Part shown: piece after piece, positions 61,002 through 64,000 of the stretch
How the letters are laid out: every line of letters starts with the position of its first letter
Numbering within the stretch: position 1 is the stretch's first letter
DNA from: Thalia democratica
Taxonomy: Eukaryota
Direction of reading: 5' to 3'
DNA: 64,000 nt
Assembly (NCBI GenBank): GCA_965202585.1
Contig: OZ241827.1
Location: forward strand, 57,908,001 to 57,972,000
Made by a program: the position numbers and the translations under genes
The notes under the pieces: model-generated
Told to the model about the DNA's origin: nothing
The model's input: only the letters and a program-made list of their open reading frames with translations
Databases searched by the model: none

Positions 61002-62169
61002 CTAGACTTTATAGCTATCTATTGTCCTTCTATTAGTTTTAGAAGAAATTAAACTTACATAATATTTTAACCGTTTAGTGTCGCCCAAAAGCAAAGTTCG
61101 ACTGTCTTTGACTATCAAAAATTGTTTAGCTTACTGTTGAAAAGCTATAGTATAGTGCTTTTCTCTTATTTTTTTACATCATGAAAGTAAACTTTTTCAT
61201 AACAATATACTTAAACTATATTTAAAAATTGTTTTTATTAAAATTACTTAAGATTTCCAAATGCAGTAGAGCGTCAATTGGATTCATACTTTGTGAATTC
61301 GCACGGTCTGTTAATTTTGCACAATACGAGTTCGCACTGCTGCTTAAGTACGCATTTGAAGCAAAAAATTTTGTTCAAATCTATAACTATTTTTAGTTTT
61401 AAGTTAAGTAAACTATTCGTTAAATATATATTACTTTAAATATAAATGTTTCTTATTTACTGATTTTTGTTTAATGTACTTAAACAAGATATATAAGAAG
61501 AAGTGAAAATATAATGTAGAAACTAATTTATATTAAACAGTCTAATCAACCAAGACTATTCGTTAGTTGCTATTTTTTGTGACTTTTTGTAAATTCAGTT
61601 TCATAAAAGAAGTAATGAATACTTAAAATTATAAAAATAAAAAAGTTACTTTCTTATTTTCAAATCTTTATTAAAAACTTACCCCATCAAAAAGCTGTTT
61701 TAGATATTGTATTCAATGGTTAGATTATTTTTGATAGTAAAGTAGTTTTACAGTAGTTATAACGTACTTAACCTTTTATAAAAACAATCTTTATTCCAAT
61801 TAATATATTGAAAACATGTCAAAGTCTATACAAAAGTTAGAATTATTTCACTATTTAAATCATAGCAAAATTAGAAAGCGTGAATCAAACATATAAACAG
61901 TAAAATTTACTTTAAAACAAAAAGTAAATACAAGCAGTCTTATTTACATTTAGCTGGTCTTATAATCTTTTTTTGTTCATCATAATCATAAAAATCAAAA
62001 CGATTAAAGTTATTAAAAATACAATGCCTCTATTGGTGCTTCATAAAAACAATTTCAAAAAAAATTGAAGTTAATGCTATTGAAGCTTATTTCTGAAAGT
62101 TATTTTGTTATTAATTTAAATAAAAATTATGTTTTAAACCAAAAAATATCTCAAAGTTTACTACTGTTT

Positions 62170-64000
62170 TTACAACAGAAATTAGTTTATGCGATTAGAT
62201 AACTTGTAATATTTTTGATTGTTGTGTTTAAATAAAAATAAAAGTTAAGCACTAAATAAATTCAAGTTTATGTAAACGTCACGTGATAAAGTTACATGTG
62301 ACAAACACGTGTTTTATGTGTTGTTTTTAATCTGTTTTAAAACGAAATATTTATAAGAAAACAGTTTCCAAAAATTATCTTTTTTAAGCTTTTTCAGTAA
62401 GTATATTTTAATTTTAATAGTTAATACTTTTAGTTAAAACAAAAATTAACAACCTTGTCTATATCAATTTATATAGCTAATTTCAGATTACACGTTGCTA
62501 ATACAGTAACTTGCTATGTTAAGTATGCAATTCTTTAGTAATAACAGCCGATATGGCACGCACTTTTTAGCCGAAAAACGCTGTGTTCAAAAGACTTTTT
62601 TTAGAATTTAAAAACGTACTAAGATTACCAATACAGAATTACTTAGTTATAACATAAAATATACTTTTTTAATTTACGTTAGTTAAAACTAAAGTAACCA
62701 GAAATAAGTAATGAAATTTATTATTATATCTTAAATCCAATATTTAAAACAAACATACTGAAGTCTATTTATTTAACGACAATAATGAACAGAGTAATTT
62801 AGACTTTCATAACCTACGATTTAAACATAGGAATAAAAAAATTAGATAAATGAAAATAATGAACACTTCATTTGGCATCTACATATCCAATGATTAAAAC
62901 ATAAATGTAAAATACGTATAAAAATAAAACCTTAAATAACTTTTAGATAAACAAAAACAAGGAACAGTGCAATTTGACATTTATATTCCCATGATTGTAA
63001 AATAAATGTAAAAAGCGTATAAATAAGCGAAATTAACGAAAATAGGAAATAAGGAAATAATATAAAATATGAATATAGCTATTGACATTTTCATAACTTA
63101 TGATTGAAATATAAATTTAAAAATTTTGCTTTAGTAGTCGTTTGTAAACTTTAGTGGTTTTAAACATGTTTGTACAAGGCTTAATGTAAGTAATTATAGA
63201 CAAAAATTTCCTAGGTACGCATTTTTGAGCTGTGTTTAAATTGCGTACCTATTTGGCAGGTAATTGTACTAGCAAACAGTAATGATTTAAGTATAACAGC
63301 AGTTTGATTTTAGAAAAGTATGAAATTAAACAAAATAAAAACAAAACCTACAATTTTATGCTATATAAAAACATAAGAAATACTTTAAATAATACGCAAC
63401 TTTTTAGGATATAAGCAGTTTATTAGGCAGTGAAATAAAGAATAAAAGTAAAAGAACACAAAATATGATTTGTTAATATCTTATATATTGAATATCTTAT
63501 AATCAAAATAAGCTTTAAATTTAGGAAACTAATTATATTCATAATATCATAACTACTGAGATTTAAAGCTCATTTAATTTGCTTATTGTTTGCTTTAAAG
63601 GAAAAGGCTGTTTCGAAAAACAATTAAAAAAACTAAAAAAAAGTCATTTTAAGTAGCAGCACACTAAACAGGAAACACAAGTAAATTTCTATAACTAAGT
63701 TAAATAAGAAACTAATTAGGACTATAACACCTTTTAAAAATTAAAGGCAGTTTTTATAAACTTTAATAGTTAAACTTTCGTCAGAATAAATCTTTAGAAT
63801 GCATTAAAAAAAGCTTCAGCAAGTTTTAATGCTTTCATATATATAAAACGCTTAAAGTGCCATAACTTAAAACTACCATTAACTACAGTTTCATAAACTT
63901 ATATAAATAAAAGTAAAGTAAATTTACATAAATAAAGTATGCTAATGATATTTCTTGGTCATTTCTATAAAATTAAAATTAAATAAAATCTAAATTTTTC
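62170..64000. repeat. Copy 2 of the duplication; probable 3' end of a tandem ADAMTSL paralogue beyond the window; carries an extra ~750 bp
   Basis: Window ends in atctaaatttttc, identical to 9895-9907, which contains the minus-strand TAG stop of copy 1. Confidence 0.85.

Noticed and set aside
63212-63271. Helitron-like 3' end (10-bp inverted repeat TAGGTACGCA/TGCGTACCTA, then CTAG) in the ~750-bp extra segment
   Set aside because: Loop and spacer are too long, the CTAG lies in sequence homologous to copy 1, and there is no A|T insertion site; origin of the segment is unresolved.

Overview
Very AT-rich metazoan genomic DNA with spliceosomal introns (taxon not determinable; the degenerate GTT-type donors suggest an invertebrate chordate or similar, inference only). 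The supplied ORF track mostly shows exon fragments or noise. The main feature is a minus-strand ADAMTS-like gene of the ADAMTSL1/ADAMTSL3 (punctin/MADD-4) type. I spliced it by hand into 34 phase-compatible GT-AG coding exons (43889 to 9897; 5127 nt, 1708 codons plus stop): signal peptide, TSR, Cys-rich module, spacer, 8 more TSRs, 4 Ig-like domains, 4 TSRs, no protease domain and no PLAC. Main oddities: (1) an in-frame TAG inside exon 17, next to a hairpin and an intronic AATAAA; (2) an internal signal-peptide first exon in a 10.3-kb intron; together these suggest N-half, C-half and full-length products from one locus; (3) a 16-nt microexon needed to keep frame; (4) a diverged copy of the gene's 3' end at the right edge of the window, implying a tandem paralogue; (5) a small or degenerate Sushi/CCP gene at about 60-61 kb. 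Positions 1-8.7 kb and 47-59 kb are non-coding with scattered GC-richer patches. No rRNA, tRNA, CRISPR array or intact transposase was seen.
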